The position numbers were made by a program, and so were the translations under genes. Under the pieces are notes generated by a model. It was not told where the DNA came from and made no database searches. It saw only the letters and a list, made by a program, of their open reading frames with translations. From Spirochaetia bacterium (GTDB lineage: Bacteria; Spirochaetota; Spirochaetia; SZUA-6; Bin103), in NCBI GenBank assembly GCA_965203905.1, contig CBDBDQ010000005.1:2656001-2720000 (forward strand): a stretch of 64,000 nt of DNA. Direction: 5' to 3'. Of the stretch, positions 19,635-30,142 are shown piece after piece (position 1 is the first letter of the stretch; every line of letters starts with the position of its first letter).

Positions 19635-20629
19635 GCCTGCGCCCGCACCCCGAAGCGGATGCGCGGATCGACCGTCGCCAGCAGCAGGTCGGAGATCAGG
19701 TTGCCGATGAGGATCAGGGCGCCGAGCAGCATCACGATGGCACCGGCCAGGTACATGTCCTGCGCCCTGAGCGCCGCCAACAGCAGCGGGCCGATGGTGG
19801 GCAGGCTCAGCACGATCGCGACGAGCGTCTCGCCGGAGATGATGGCCGGCAGCAGGTACCCCACGGTGCTGATGATCGGGTTGAGCGCCACCCGCACCGG
19901 GTACTTGAACAGGATGGCGCGCTCCTGCATGCCCTTGGAGCGGGCGGTGATCACGTACTGCTTGCTGAGCTCGTCAAGCAGCGAGGCGCGCAGAATGCGG
20001 ATGACTTCGGCGGTGCCGGCGGTGCCGATCACGGTCAGCGGGATCGGCAGGTGCTTGAGCAGGTCGACCACCTTGCCGAAGCTCCACGCCGCCGCCATGT
20101 ACTCGCGCGAGAACAGCCCGCCGGGGCTCCAGCCGAAGTAGGTGAACGCCAGGTACATCAGGATCAGGGCGAGCAGGAAGTTGGGGGTGGCCAGCCCCAG
20201 GAACCCGAACACGGTGGCGACGTAGTCGCCGAAAGAGTGCGGGTGGGTGGCCGAGTAGATGCCGATCGGCACCGCGATCAGGTACACCAGGATCAGCGTC
20301 GACAGCGACAGGGTCACCGACAGGGCGAGCCGCTCGCCGATCACCTTGGTGACGTCGCGGTTCTGGGAGAACGAATCTCCCATGTCGCCGCGCAGAAAGT
20401 TGCCCACCCACTTGAGGTACTGCACGTGCAGCGGCTGGTCGAGCCCGTAGCGCTCGCGTAGGCCCGCGAGCAACGCCTCGGTGATCGGTATCCGGCGCGC
20501 CTCCAGGGTCGCGACGTAGGTGGTCAGGTAGTCGCCCGGCGGCAACTGGATGATCACGAACACGACGAGCGAGAGCAACGCCAGCAGTGCGATCATGTAG
20601 GCGACGCGGCGCAGCAGGTAGCGGGCCAT
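19631..20629 (-). CDS. Peptide/nickel ABC transporter permease (OppB/DppB-like)
   Basis: YGLDQP, QYVITARSKG, DPRIR. Confidence 0.93.
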   Translation of the reverse strand: MARYLLRRVAYMIALLALLSLVVFVIIQLPPGDYLTTYVATLEARRIPITEALLAGLRERYGLDQPLHVQYLKWVGNFLRGDMGDSFSQNRDVTKVIGERLALSVTLSLSTLILVYLIAVPIGIYSATHPHSFGDYVATVFGFLGLATPNFLLALILMYLAFTYFGWSPGGLFSREYMAAAWSFGKVVDLLKHLPIPLTVIGTAGTAEVIRILRASLLDELSKQYVITARSKGMQERAILFKYPVRVALNPIISTVGYLLPAIISGETLVAIVLSLPTIGPLLLAALRAQDMYLAGAIVMLLGALILIGNLISDLLLATVDPRIRFGVRAQA

Positions 20630-20699
20630 CAGCTATTGTGGCGGGGCGGCGGCGCGGACCCGAGAGCCCGGTGGTCCGCCGCCGCCCGACGCAGGTGGT

Positions 20700-22700
20700 T
20701 TACTTGAAGTAGAGCTGCTCCGCCTCGATGCTCAGGTCACCCCACCAGGCGGCGCTGCCGAAGTAGCCCTTGGGCACGTTGACGAGGTTGGCCTTGGCGA
20801 TCACCAGGTGCGGCTGCCCGCCGACCACGCCCTGCATCAGCAGGTTGTCGAAGTGGTAGCCGAAGATCTTGCGCGACACCTCGATGTACTCGGGGGAGCC
20901 GAGCACCGTCTGCTGCCGTTCCTCGCCCCACAGGAAGAGCTGCTTGAACTCCTCGGGCGGTTCCGCGCCCGGCAGCACGCCGCCCTCGTAGTCGCTGATG
21001 CTGCGCGTGCCTTCCTCGACCTGGATCCATGCCATCAGCCAGTCGCCCCACAACGTCGCCCAGTTGATGTCGTGGGACCCGTGCACCCACGCCTCGCGGT
21101 CGACCATGTACTGGCGCGCCTCGGAGGGGAAACCCCAGGTGCCGACGTTGACTTCGATCAGGTTGCCATCGCGGCGTTGGGCGTGCAGGGCGTTCTCGGA
21201 CAGCTTGATCTCCGTCTGCAGCCCGACTCCGCGCCAGTACTCCCGGATCAGCTCGATCGCCTTGCCGGTGGCGCTGTGCTCACCCTGGATGCGGCCTTCG
21301 ATGGTGATCGTGAACGGCTGGCCGTCCTCGCCGAGCCGCCAGCCGTCGCCATCGCGCGCGTCCAGGCCCACCGCGTCGAGCAGCCGGTTGGCCTCTTCCA
21401 CGTCGTAGGCGTCCATCGGGTTGTTGCTCCACTCCGGCGGCGCAAACGTTGCCCCGGCCACCGGGAACACCATCGGCTCGCCGAGCCCGAAGTACACGCT
21501 GTCGACCACTTCCTCGGCATCGATCGCCAGCGACATCGCCTGCCGGAAGCGCAGGTCGCGGAAGATGTGCCCCTTCTCCTCGTGGGTCTGGTTGAAGGCG
21601 AACATGATCGGGATCTGGTTGACCGGCACCTCCCGCAGCACGTAGCCGCCGGCGGCCTCGTTCTCCTTGTACAGCGCGTAGTTGTCGCTGGTGGCGTTGA
21701 CGAAGTCGTAGTCCACCTCGCCGGCGATGATCTTGAGCTGGATGGTCTCCATGTCGGCGATGCCGGCGATGACACGGTCGATGTAGGGGAGCTGCTGGCC
21801 GAGCTCGTCCACCTTGTAGAAGTAGGGGTTGCGCTCGTGCACCTTGGTGGTGTCGGTGACCTCGATCAGCTTCCACGGCTGCATGGTGGGCCGCGGCTCG
21901 TTGTCTTCCTTCAGGTGGCGGTAGCCGTTCTGGTACTCCCAGTCGTGGTCGTTGAAGGCCAGGTTCCAGCTATCGTAGCCCAGCTCCTTGGCCAGGGCGT
22001 CGGCGTCCGGGTTGTACTTGATGTGGAATTGCTTCATGTAGTGCTTGGGCAGGTAGCCGTGCCAGTCGCCGCCCGCCGGCTCGCCCATCTTGGCCAGCAT
22101 CACCGGATAGGGAACGTCGGTCTCCAGGCGCACGTTGTAGTCGTCGATCTTGATGGCACGCCGCACCTTGTTCATCCAGAACGCCTGCGTGCCGCTGCCA
22201 ACCCGCGAATCGAAGTGCCAGTCCTCGTATGCGAACACGATGTCGTCGGCGGTGAACGGCTGGCCGTCCGACCACTGCGCGCCCTCGCGCAGGGTGATGG
22301 TGAGGCTCAGGAAGTCGGGCGCCAGCTCGAAGCCCTTGGCCAGGTTGGGCACCACCGTGGTGTCGGCCCGAATGTAGGCCAGGTAGCTGCCGCGCTCGGT
22401 CTCCTCCTGCAGCGTGTTCCACGGCTCGGTGCTGTTCACGAACACGTAGATGGTGTCGTTGTAGGTGCCGACCGAGTCGATCGGTTCCATCACCGGCGGC
22501 TCTACCGGCAGCCGCTCCGCCACCGGCGGCAGCTCGCCTGCCGCCACCAGTGCCGCGAGCATCGGCGCTTCCGAATACTCGCCGCTGGCCGCCATCGACG
22601 CCGCGGGAGCCGACGTGCTGCCGCTGTCGGTGCTGCCGGCGGCGAACAGGCCGGCGCTCGCCGTGAGCAGAGCGATTCCCAGGATGAGTGCTTTGTACAT
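20700..22700 (-). CDS. ABC substrate-binding protein, family 5
   Basis: Signal peptide ...LFAAG; WSDGQPFTADDI, ERNPYF, FRQAMSLAID. Confidence 0.92.
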   Translation of the reverse strand: MYKALILGIALLTASAGLFAAGSTDSGSTSAPAASMAASGEYSEAPMLAALVAAGELPPVAERLPVEPPVMEPIDSVGTYNDTIYVFVNSTEPWNTLQEETERGSYLAYIRADTTVVPNLAKGFELAPDFLSLTITLREGAQWSDGQPFTADDIVFAYEDWHFDSRVGSGTQAFWMNKVRRAIKIDDYNVRLETDVPYPVMLAKMGEPAGGDWHGYLPKHYMKQFHIKYNPDADALAKELGYDSWNLAFNDHDWEYQNGYRHLKEDNEPRPTMQPWKLIEVTDTTKVHERNPYFYKVDELGQQLPYIDRVIAGIADMETIQLKIIAGEVDYDFVNATSDNYALYKENEAAGGYVLREVPVNQIPIMFAFNQTHEEKGHIFRDLRFRQAMSLAIDAEEVVDSVYFGLGEPMVFPVAGATFAPPEWSNNPMDAYDVEEANRLLDAVGLDARDGDGWRLGEDGQPFTITIEGRIQGEHSATGKAIELIREYWRGVGLQTEIKLSENALHAQRRDGNLIEVNVGTWGFPSEARQYMVDREAWVHGSHDINWATLWGDWLMAWIQVEEGTRSISDYEGGVLPGAEPPEEFKQLFLWGEERQQTVLGSPEYIEVSRKIFGYHFDNLLMQGVVGGQPHLVIAKANLVNVPKGYFGSAAWWGDLSIEAEQLYFK

Positions 22701-22840
22701 CGTTCCTCCTTGATGTAAAGCAGGGCGTATCGACGCCCCTTATGCTGCCGCCGAATGTAGCCAAAGCTCGGCGGGGCGTCCAGTCAAGGCCGGCGGAGGC
22801 GCCGGCCGGCCCCCGAGCGGGCGCGGGTCAGGCCGCCACG

Positions 22841-23707
22841 CTACCAGGCGCGTTCCCGCCGCTGGCTGCAGTGCTCCCACGCCGTCGCGACCTGCTCCCA
22901 GGTCGCCGCTTGGCTCGGGTCGCGCCGGCTGCGCGCGGTGAACGCCATGTCGGCGTGCCACAGGTGGGCCATCGGGGTGCCGACCGGGCTGTAGCGGAAG
23001 TCGATCGACCAGCGCACCACGTCGGCGCGGTTCACCGTGGAGCGGTGGAACACCAGGTTGTCGAACAGCACGAAGTCGCCGGGCCTCATCGGGACGGTGT
23101 CGATCGCGGAGTCCGCGGCCGGGTCGAAGGCGGTGGTGCGGAACGATCCGGATTGGGTGGCGTGCTCCTGGATTCCCATCTGCTGGCTGCCGGGGAGGAA
23201 CTGCAGGGTGCCGTTCTCGGCGTTGGTTTCGACCAGCGGCATCCACAGCGTGAGCAGGCGCTGGTGCGCGGTGTCCGGCATGTAGCCGCTGTCCTGATGC
23301 CACGGCAGGGTGGTCTCCTGCTCGTCGGGCAGCTTCGGACGCACCCAGAAGTCGCCGTTGAACTGGATCTCGGGGCCGATCAGCGCCTCCACCACGTCCA
23401 GGATCGCGGGCTCCACCCACAGGTCGTACAGCGCCCTGCTGAACACCCGGGTGTGCCAGCCCGTGTGGGAGCGCTGCTTGCCGCCGTGCTGGCGCCAGAC
23501 GTGGTACCAGCGGCGCTCGAAGGTCTGGTCCGCGGCCAGGTCGTCGATCTCGCCCGCCTGCTGCATGCTGTGGGCTTCCCGGTCCACGACGCCCGAGATC
23601 ACGCCGATCATGGCGTCGATCCGCGCCGGCGGAATGCGGTTGCGAACCAGCAGATAGCCCTGGCGGGTGAACGTGTCCGACTCGACGGCGGTCAAGGTGG
23701 GCGGCAT
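22841..23707 (-). CDS. PhyH family dioxygenase
   Basis: WHQD, ENGTL, PGS, LVFHRS, RWSIDFR. Confidence 0.9.
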   Translation of the reverse strand: MPPTLTAVESDTFTRQGYLLVRNRIPPARIDAMIGVISGVVDREAHSMQQAGEIDDLAADQTFERRWYHVWRQHGGKQRSHTGWHTRVFSRALYDLWVEPAILDVVEALIGPEIQFNGDFWVRPKLPDEQETTLPWHQDSGYMPDTAHQRLLTLWMPLVETNAENGTLQFLPGSQQMGIQEHATQSGSFRTTAFDPAADSAIDTVPMRPGDFVLFDNLVFHRSTVNRADVVRWSIDFRYSPVGTPMAHLWHADMAFTARSRRDPSQAATWEQVATAWEHCSQRRERAW

Positions 23708-24046
23708 GAACTCTCCCCGGAAGATGATGGAGAGGGGTTACCGCGCCGCCTCGGGCGATGTCAAGGACCGTGTACGCTCTGCAAGCTCTGGATGAAACCC
23801 CGCGTCGTGGGGTGCGTTTGGGTATGAAGGAGCCACCTCATCAGCCGTTCCTCATAGAGAAGGGAGACACCATCCTACGTGTTTGCCCCGTGTCTGGGAG
23901 GGTTAGCTCCCGCCTCGTATGTCGTTTAGTGGGTACGACTCGCCGGTGAACCACCTTGCTAATGCGTTCGGATCCATGCTGGATGTCGGCTGTCACTCGG
24001 AAAATCGCCACCGCGTACGTTAGGTTACTACTGATAAAGGACTTAC

Positions 24047-25251
24047 TTACCGAATGATATTCCGCGTGGTTTGGCCATTCCAGTTTGCCGGGAACGGTTG
24101 ATAATTGGTGGGGTGTCGTATGCTGGAAGGCGCTTCGACATGAGACGGCAGGAGGCCGCTGGTGTGACGCCGTCGCGCTTCGATAACGTCAATAAATCGC
24201 CAGACTTCATCGATGTGTATACCGAATCCAATATTGCCAGTTGGCACTATGGTCGGCGTCCCCGTACTGTCGATTACTATCCTCGCTGTTCCTGAATTAT
24301 TCACGGCTATAATTAGACCGTAGTGATCGAAGATGGGGCTTCCACTCGTTCCGGGTGACAGGTCTAGGTTGTGTTGCACCACAGAAGAAACAATGTCTTC
24401 TGACTCTATAATGTACCGCCGTAGCGCGCTAACAGTTCCGTCCTTGAACGTGGCCGTCGCCACCCGTGAGAATGGATTGTGTACCTCCCCGGGGAAACCC
24501 ATCGTAGCTATTGGCTGGCCCACTCGTAGGCGTGTAGCAAGCTGCCGTGGTAGAAACGTGGCAAGGTCGGTTAAGTGAGAGTCGATCCAAACCAAAGCAA
24601 CGTCAGGAGATGCTGATGACCCAGTGTAGTTAGGGTGTATCTCATAGCCTGTTATACTGTGAGTGTCACGTGCTCCTATGAGCGTTCCTGCTTTTACGAC
24701 AAATGGGGTCGGTTCCAAGGGAGCTAAGTCTGTCAGCTGGTCTCTTAATGCAAGGGCAACATGGGCATTGGTCCAGAGAACATTCGTGTAGTAGGCCGCG
24801 AATCCCGTACCCACTAGATAGCGTATGTAATTCTGTCCGTCATACAGGCTATAGCCTACGAAGTAAATGGCATCAGGTATCGCCGACTCCGACAGAACAT
24901 CAGCCCAATTAAGCGGTTCCCGGGCACGCCTTGTTCGCCTTGTGGTCCCTGTTCGCCTTGTGGTCCCTGTTCGCCTTGTGGCCCCTGCTCGCCTTGCGGC
25001 CCCTGCTCGCCTTGTGGTCCCTGTTCGCCTTGTGGCCCCTGCTCGCCTTGCGGCCCCTGCTCGCCTTGCAGCCCCTGCTCGCCTTGCAGCCCCTGCTCGC
25101 CTTGCAGCCCCTGCTCGCCTTGCGGGCCTCTTGGACCTGCTGGGCCTGCCGTTCCGGGCCCTTCCTGACACCCCAATAAGAAGAATACCGCGACGCAGAC
25201 GACTGCCGATACTGCTGTTCTGACTTGAAGGTTGAGCATGCCCGGGAGCAT
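24047..25251 (-). CDS. Lipoprotein: collagen-like repeat plus trypsin-like serine protease (frameshift ~24920)
   Basis: Lipobox LLGC; GEQG(P/L)Q repeats; triad TNAH, PDVAL, GTSGSP; adding one G to a GGG run joins the two ORFs. Confidence 0.8.
24925..25130. repeat. 18-bp tandem repeat, ~11 units, encoding GEQG(P/L)Q
   Basis: CCCTG(C/T)TCGCCTTG(C/T)(A/G)G(C/T) units read directly. Confidence 0.95.
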
Positions 25252-25451
25252 ACATCGTAATAATTCCCTTGATGACTGCAGTGTCGGAGCCCAGTTCCTT
25301 GTCTCAGTACGCGATTTCGTAAGCTGCGGTTGTCTTCAGGACTTCCTGCGGCGTGTAGGGCTATAGAACATAATGTCTTTTTGCTGTTAATTCATTTCCA
25401 TGAATAGCCTTACGGAGAGCGCACTTCTTCGATCCGAATTGAGGACACAAG

Positions 25452-25583
25452 AATCGCGAATCCGCGGAAGTTCGTGGAATGGACGCTAAAGTTCGCCGTT
25501 TCGCGAAATGGATCAACGTTCGTCTCCGTGCCAAGGACAAATACCTGCTCCACAAATAATCTGTTTGACTTTCAGCGCACAGC
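25452..25583. other. AT-rich non-coding element, copy B
   Basis: AATCGCGAAT-N30-TTCGCCGTTTCGCGAAATGG, same spacing as copy A. Confidence 0.55.
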
Positions 25584-25610
25584 CCGGGGAATAGAGTGCG
25601 CTCGGTGCGC

Positions 25611-26119
25611 GCGTACCCTCAGCCGGGGTAGACGTCCATCTGGGAGAGGTCGATGGGAGCGCCCAGCAGCAGGGTGACGAAGCCGCCGTCCGGGACCGGT
25701 TCGCCGTCGGCGTCCAGGCCGCCCTCTTCCAGCACCAGCAGCAGCGAATTGCTGGCCGGCTCCTCGGTGCGGTACTCCATCACCAGTGCCGGTACCTGGC
25801 GGCCGGCCCGCTCGTCGCGGTAGTCGCCGTACAGGGGACCGTGGGTGACGGCGCTGAAGTGCAACTGCTTTTCCTCGTCGCCGTCGCGGATCGGGGGGAC
25901 GTCGGGCTGGGGGGCGAACTCCAGTTCGTAGGGGATGAAGGAGTCGGGGTTGGCGGTTCCAGGAACAGCCAGGCGAAGCCCTGGTCGATCAGCGCGGCGC
26001 GGGTGCCGGGCTGGAAGCCGTCGGGCCGGTAGTACACGCGCCACTCCAGGTGCGGGCCGGTGACCATGGCGGCCAGCACGTGGCTGGTCTCGGCGTCGGC
26101 GATGTCGAACAGCAGGTAC
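25611..26119 (-). pseudogene. Near-identical copy of the 3' ~510 bp of gene 27748..28473
   Basis: Matches 27740-28249 with roughly 9 differences including a 1-nt deletion; 5' part missing. Confidence 0.92.
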
Positions 26120-26290
26120 AGCGCCGCCACGCCGGTGTCAAGACGGTCGGAGCCGCGCTGGAGGCTGACCGATTCCCGGCGGCAAAGCCATCCGGCTTGC
26201 CGATGCGGCCATCGCCCGCCTGCGCCCGCGCGAGCGGGAGTACACGGTCCGGGGACAGCGGCGTCTCCGGCTCGGGAGCCATGTCCGGTT

Positions 26291-27409
26291 TTACATGCCG
26301 TCCTGGGCAGGTTCGTCGACGGACGTCTCGGTGAACAGGAAGTCGTCCCCGTCCAGGTGGCGGAGGAAGGTGTTCTGAAGCGTGATCTTGCCGCCGCCGA
26401 AGTTGCTGAGGTCGATCACGACGCTCCTTCCGCTCTGCGTGAGATCCAGGTCGTCGAAGCTCGTGATGCCGGTGAAGGCACGCAGGTCGATCACGTCTCC
26501 GCCGGAACTGAAATTGCCCCGTATCATGTCGTTTCCGTCCCCGGGGCCATAGACGAACGTGTCGGCGCCCGCGCCGCCGTACAGTTCGTCGTCGTTCGCT
26601 CCGCCGGAGAGGATGTCGTCGCCTGCGCCGCCGTAGATCTGGTCGGCGCCCGCGCCGCCGTAGATCTGGTCGTTGCCGCCGTCGCCGGCGAGATAGTCTT
26701 TGTCGCCGCCGCCGTAAATCGTGTCGTCGTTCGCTCCGCCGAGCACGCGGTCTTCGCCTGCTCCGCCGTAAACCGTATCGCTGCCCTGGTTGCCGTAGAT
26801 GTTGTCGTTGCCTGCTCCTCCGTAGAGCTGGTCGTCGCCCGCCCCCCCACTCAGAGCGTCGTCTCCGACACCGCCGTGGAGCGTGTTGTCGCCCGCGTCG
26901 CCGATGAGAGTCACCCCTTTGAACAGGAAGTCATCCGCGCTGAGGTTGGCGAGGGTGAAATTCTGCAGCGTGATCGTACCTCCGCCGTGGGATGAGAGGT
27001 CGATGACAACATTCGCCCCGTCCTGCCGAAGCGTGAGGTCCGCGAAACTGCCGATGCCGGTGAAACCCCGTAGATCGATCACGTCCGCCCCGGTTCCGAA
27101 GTCCTTGATCGTGTCGTGTCCGTCGCCGGGGCCATAGACGAACGTATCGGCGCCCGCACCGCCGTGGAGCGTGTCCATGCCCTCGCCGCCGGTGAGCTTG
27201 TCATCGCCGCTGCCGCCGTAGAGATAGTCATTCCCTACACCGCCGTAGAGCGCGTCGTCGTCCTCTTCGCCCCAGAGCGCGTCGGCGCCGGCGCCGCCGT
27301 AGAGCGTGTCGTCGCCCTCCTCGCCCCAGAGCGTGTCATTGATGGCGCCACCGTAGAGTTGGTCGTCGTTTTCATTGTTGGTGCTATCGGTGTTGGACTG
27401 ATCTGCCAT
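26291..27409 (-). CDS. RTX/hemolysin-type calcium-binding repeat protein
   Basis: Many GGxGxDxLx nonapeptides and two DVIDL...VVIDL...ITL modules. Confidence 0.9.
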   Translation of the reverse strand: MADQSNTDSTNNENDDQLYGGAINDTLWGEEGDDTLYGGAGADALWGEEDDDALYGGVGNDYLYGGSGDDKLTGGEGMDTLHGGAGADTFVYGPGDGHDTIKDFGTGADVIDLRGFTGIGSFADLTLRQDGANVVIDLSSHGGGTITLQNFTLANLSADDFLFKGVTLIGDAGDNTLHGGVGDDALSGGAGDDQLYGGAGNDNIYGNQGSDTVYGGAGEDRVLGGANDDTIYGGGDKDYLAGDGGNDQIYGGAGADQIYGGAGDDILSGGANDDELYGGAGADTFVYGPGDGNDMIRGNFSSGGDVIDLRAFTGITSFDDLDLTQSGRSVVIDLSNFGGGKITLQNTFLRHLDGDDFLFTETSVDEPAQDGM

Positions 27410-27747
27410 AGTAGAACTCCCGCTTTCGCGCGGCCGGCGTTGCCGCCCGAGTTGCCCCCGAAAGTAGCCTCCACCCGAATCGAATGACAAGGCGGTCGGC
27501 AAAGCGTTCAAGCGTCAGACGGCTGCGATGGCGAATTCGAACGACTCAGGCTCCGGCCGGGTTCCTGCTGGCGTGGGGCCTGGACGATTTCGCGTCTGCC
27601 AGCCGCTCGCGGAAGGGTGCCCGTAACGGCCCAGGACCAGGTTGCAGACGCACGTCGTCCGTTCTTGGCTGGAGGCGAGGCATGCAGAGTCGGCGCCGTG
27701 CACCCGTCCAATGCCGGCCGGTTGGGGCGGCAGGGGGCGGCGTACCC

Positions 27748-28473
27748 TCAGGCCGGGTAGACGTCCATCTGGGAGAGGTCGATGGGAGCGCCCAGCAGCA
27801 GGGTGACGAAGCCGCCGTCCGGGACCGGTTCGCCGTCGGCGTCCAGACCGCCCTCTTCCAGCACCAGCAGCAGCGGATTGCTGGCCGGCTCCTCGGTGCG
27901 GTACTCCATCACCAGTGCCGGTACCTGGCGGCCGGCCCGCTCGTCGCGGTAGTCGCCGTACAGGGGACCGTGGGTGACGGCGCTGAAGTGCAACTGCTTT
28001 TCCTCGTCGCCGTCGCGGATCGGGGGGACGTCGGGCTGGGGGGCGAACTCCAGTTCATAGGGGATGAAGGAGTCGGGGTTGGGCGGTTCCAGGAACAGCC
28101 AGGCGAAGCCCTGGTCGATCAGCGCGGCGCGGGTGCCGGGCTGGAAGCCGTCGGGCCGGTAGTACACGCGCCACTCCAGGTGGGGACCGGTGACCACGGC
28201 GGCCAGCACGTGGCTGGTCTCGGCGTCGGCGATGTCGAACAGCAGGTACTCGGCCACCACGCCGTCGCCGGCGCCGCGGAAGGTGTAGTGGCGCCTGGAG
28301 CTGACCTCGTAGTTCAGGCCGCCGCTGGCGGTGCCGCTGGCGTGGGCCTCTTCCAGGGCCTGGAAGTCACGCAGCTCCACCGAGCTGCCCACCGGAAGCC
28401 GGCGCCAGAACTCCGGCTCCTCGGGCGTGTGCAGCGGTGCGGGCTCCTCCTTCTTGCGGCGCTTCCAGAACAC
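27748..28473 (-). CDS. Hypothetical protein (possibly DUF4178-like)
   Basis: Third gene of the DUF350 operon; weak resemblance only. Confidence 0.6.
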   Translation of the reverse strand: MFWKRRKKEEPAPLHTPEEPEFWRRLPVGSSVELRDFQALEEAHASGTASGGLNYEVSSRRHYTFRGAGDGVVAEYLLFDIADAETSHVLAAVVTGPHLEWRVYYRPDGFQPGTRAALIDQGFAWLFLEPPNPDSFIPYELEFAPQPDVPPIRDGDEEKQLHFSAVTHGPLYGDYRDERAGRQVPALVMEYRTEEPASNPLLLVLEEGGLDADGEPVPDGGFVTLLLGAPIDLSQMDVYPA

Positions 28474-28487
28474 GGCTCCGCTGCCGG

Positions 28488-29228
28488 CTAGTAGCGCCGC
28501 GACCCGGCGCGCATCACGAAGAACACCGCCAGGATGATCGCGATCACCATCAGCCCGGTCCAGAAACCGGAGGGCCGGCCGCCGTAGTAGGCGCCGGGGG
28601 CCGGCCCGTAGTAGTAGCCGCGGTTGGACATCAGCAGGCCCAGCATGGCGGCGTCGGCCATCGCGCTGTAGAGCACCCAGGTGCCGAGGGTGGGATGCAG
28701 GTAGCCGTAGCCGCCGAGGCCGGCGTTGTAGGTCACGTTGACGTTGCGGCCGTCGACGCGGGTAGTCTGCGGGATGTGCCCCGGCCGGGTGCCGGGCTGG
28801 CTGGCATAGCGCGACGGATACTGGCTGGCGTTGCGGCCGACGAACGCCTGCTCGGCCTGCTGCCGGGTCTGGAAGGTGGTGCCGTTGGCGCGCGCCCGCT
28901 GGTATTGGGAGTTGCTGACGCCGCGCGTGTTGCTGCGGGCGGTGGCGCGTGAGCCTGACAGCGACTGGCGCGTGTTGCTGCGGGTGGACCCCCAGGCGCG
29001 GGTCGAGCTGCGGGAGGAGAAGCCGCGTGACGAGGAGAAGCCGCGGCTGCTGAAGGAGCGGCCGCCGCCGAAACCGCCGCGCCGCGCAAAGGCGTCATCG
29101 GCAATCAGCAGCAGGCACAGGGTCGCGGCCATGACCAGCAGGATGCGGCGCCGGATGCGGAACGCTCGCGGCGGTTTCCCGCGGCCGGCACCGCTGAGCG
29201 ACCGCCGAGCCGGCGTAGTCGCGGTCAC
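28488..29228 (-). CDS. Gly/Ser/Arg-rich exported membrane protein
   Basis: Signal peptide, RRGGFGGGRSFSS tract, C-terminal TM helix; overlaps DUF350 stop. Confidence 0.75.
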   Translation of the reverse strand: MTATTPARRSLSGAGRGKPPRAFRIRRRILLVMAATLCLLLIADDAFARRGGFGGGRSFSSRGFSSSRGFSSRSSTRAWGSTRSNTRQSLSGSRATARSNTRGVSNSQYQRARANGTTFQTRQQAEQAFVGRNASQYPSRYASQPGTRPGHIPQTTRVDGRNVNVTYNAGLGGYGYLHPTLGTWVLYSAMADAAMLGLLMSNRGYYYGPAPGAYYGGRPSGFWTGLMVIAIILAVFFVMRAGSRRY

Positions 29229-30142
29229 TGGACCGCTCCCGTGACCACCGCTCCTACGGTGGCGGCGGCCCCCGGGTTCACCGCGGCGCCGAACAGGATG
29301 GCGATCACCAGGAAGGCGCCGGCGGCCACCGCGGCGGCGGCGGTGTTCTTGTGTTCGGCGACCTCCTGCGACAGGACCCCGTGGGGCAGGAACACCTTGT
29401 CGGCGATCACCCGGCCGACAAGCAGCAGGATCAAGCCGCTGCCGGCGATGATGGCGGTGATGATCAACTCGCGCCCCAGGTCGCTGCCGGCACCGGTGAG
29501 GGCGGTGCGGGTGATCAGCCCCTGGGCCACCAGGAAGGCGCCGAAGCTGATGCCCACCGCCGGGTTGGCATCGTCCTCGATGCTCTTGTGCACGTCGTAG
29601 CGGGTGATGGCCTGGAACACCAGCCCGTCAATGATCAGGATCACCTGGCCGGCGGCCCAGTAGATCACCACGTCGCGCAGCAGGAACAGCAGGCCGCTGC
29701 TGCTGCCGGACATGACGCCGGACAGCATCAGGCCGGTGGCGATGCTCATGCCGCCCACCACGTAGCCGGTACCGACGTTCTTCTCCTCCGCGACCTCCTT
29801 GCCCACCTTGAAGGTGAACAGCACGAAGTGGTCGTTGATGATCATGCTGAGCCGCAACAGGATGATCGACAGGGCGCCGGTGATCACGATGCCCGCCAGC
29901 TCGCCGAGCAGGTCGCTGGTGGTCCCCAGCAGGGTGGCGGAGACGGCGAACGCGAGGCCCACCAGGTAGCCGCCGAAGCTGACGCCCACGGCGCTGTTGC
30001 GCTCGGCCGTGAGATGGCGGTCGATGTCGTACCTGGTGGTGAGGTTGTAGAACAGCTTGCCGAGGAACACCAGCACGATGCCGGCGGCGAAGTAGGGCAG
30101 CTTCTCGACGACGAACTCGAGCGTAGTGGTCAGGGCGTCCAT
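29225..30142 (-). CDS. DUF350 domain membrane protein (duplicated domain)
   Basis: Repeated T.YD...N.AVG motifs. Confidence 0.85.
   Translation of the reverse strand: MDALTTTLEFVVEKLPYFAAGIVLVFLGKLFYNLTTRYDIDRHLTAERNSAVGVSFGGYLVGLAFAVSATLLGTTSDLLGELAGIVITGALSIILLRLSMIINDHFVLFTFKVGKEVAEEKNVGTGYVVGGMSIATGLMLSGVMSGSSSGLLFLLRDVVIYWAAGQVILIIDGLVFQAITRYDVHKSIEDDANPAVGISFGAFLVAQGLITRTALTGAGSDLGRELIITAIIAGSGLILLLVGRVIADKVFLPHGVLSQEVAEHKNTAAAAVAAGAFLVIAILFGAAVNPGAAATVGAVVTGAVQ

Noticed and set aside
20808-22718. Long plus-strand ORF (also 45424..47364, 18462..20141, 60983..62458 and similar)
   Set aside because: Antisense shadows of well-supported genes, expected at high GC
460-24925. Programmed frameshifting at ~465, ~3491 and ~24920
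   Set aside because: No slippery heptamer; single-base indels in short G/C runs fit assembly error or simple mutation better; raw reads are needed
24925-25130. CRISPR-like array
   Set aside because: Head-to-tail 18-bp coding repeat with no spacers and no cas genes
27415-27480. c-di-GMP riboswitch upstream of the RTX gene
   Set aside because: Only short GNRA-like hairpins; the conserved GEMM core is not matched
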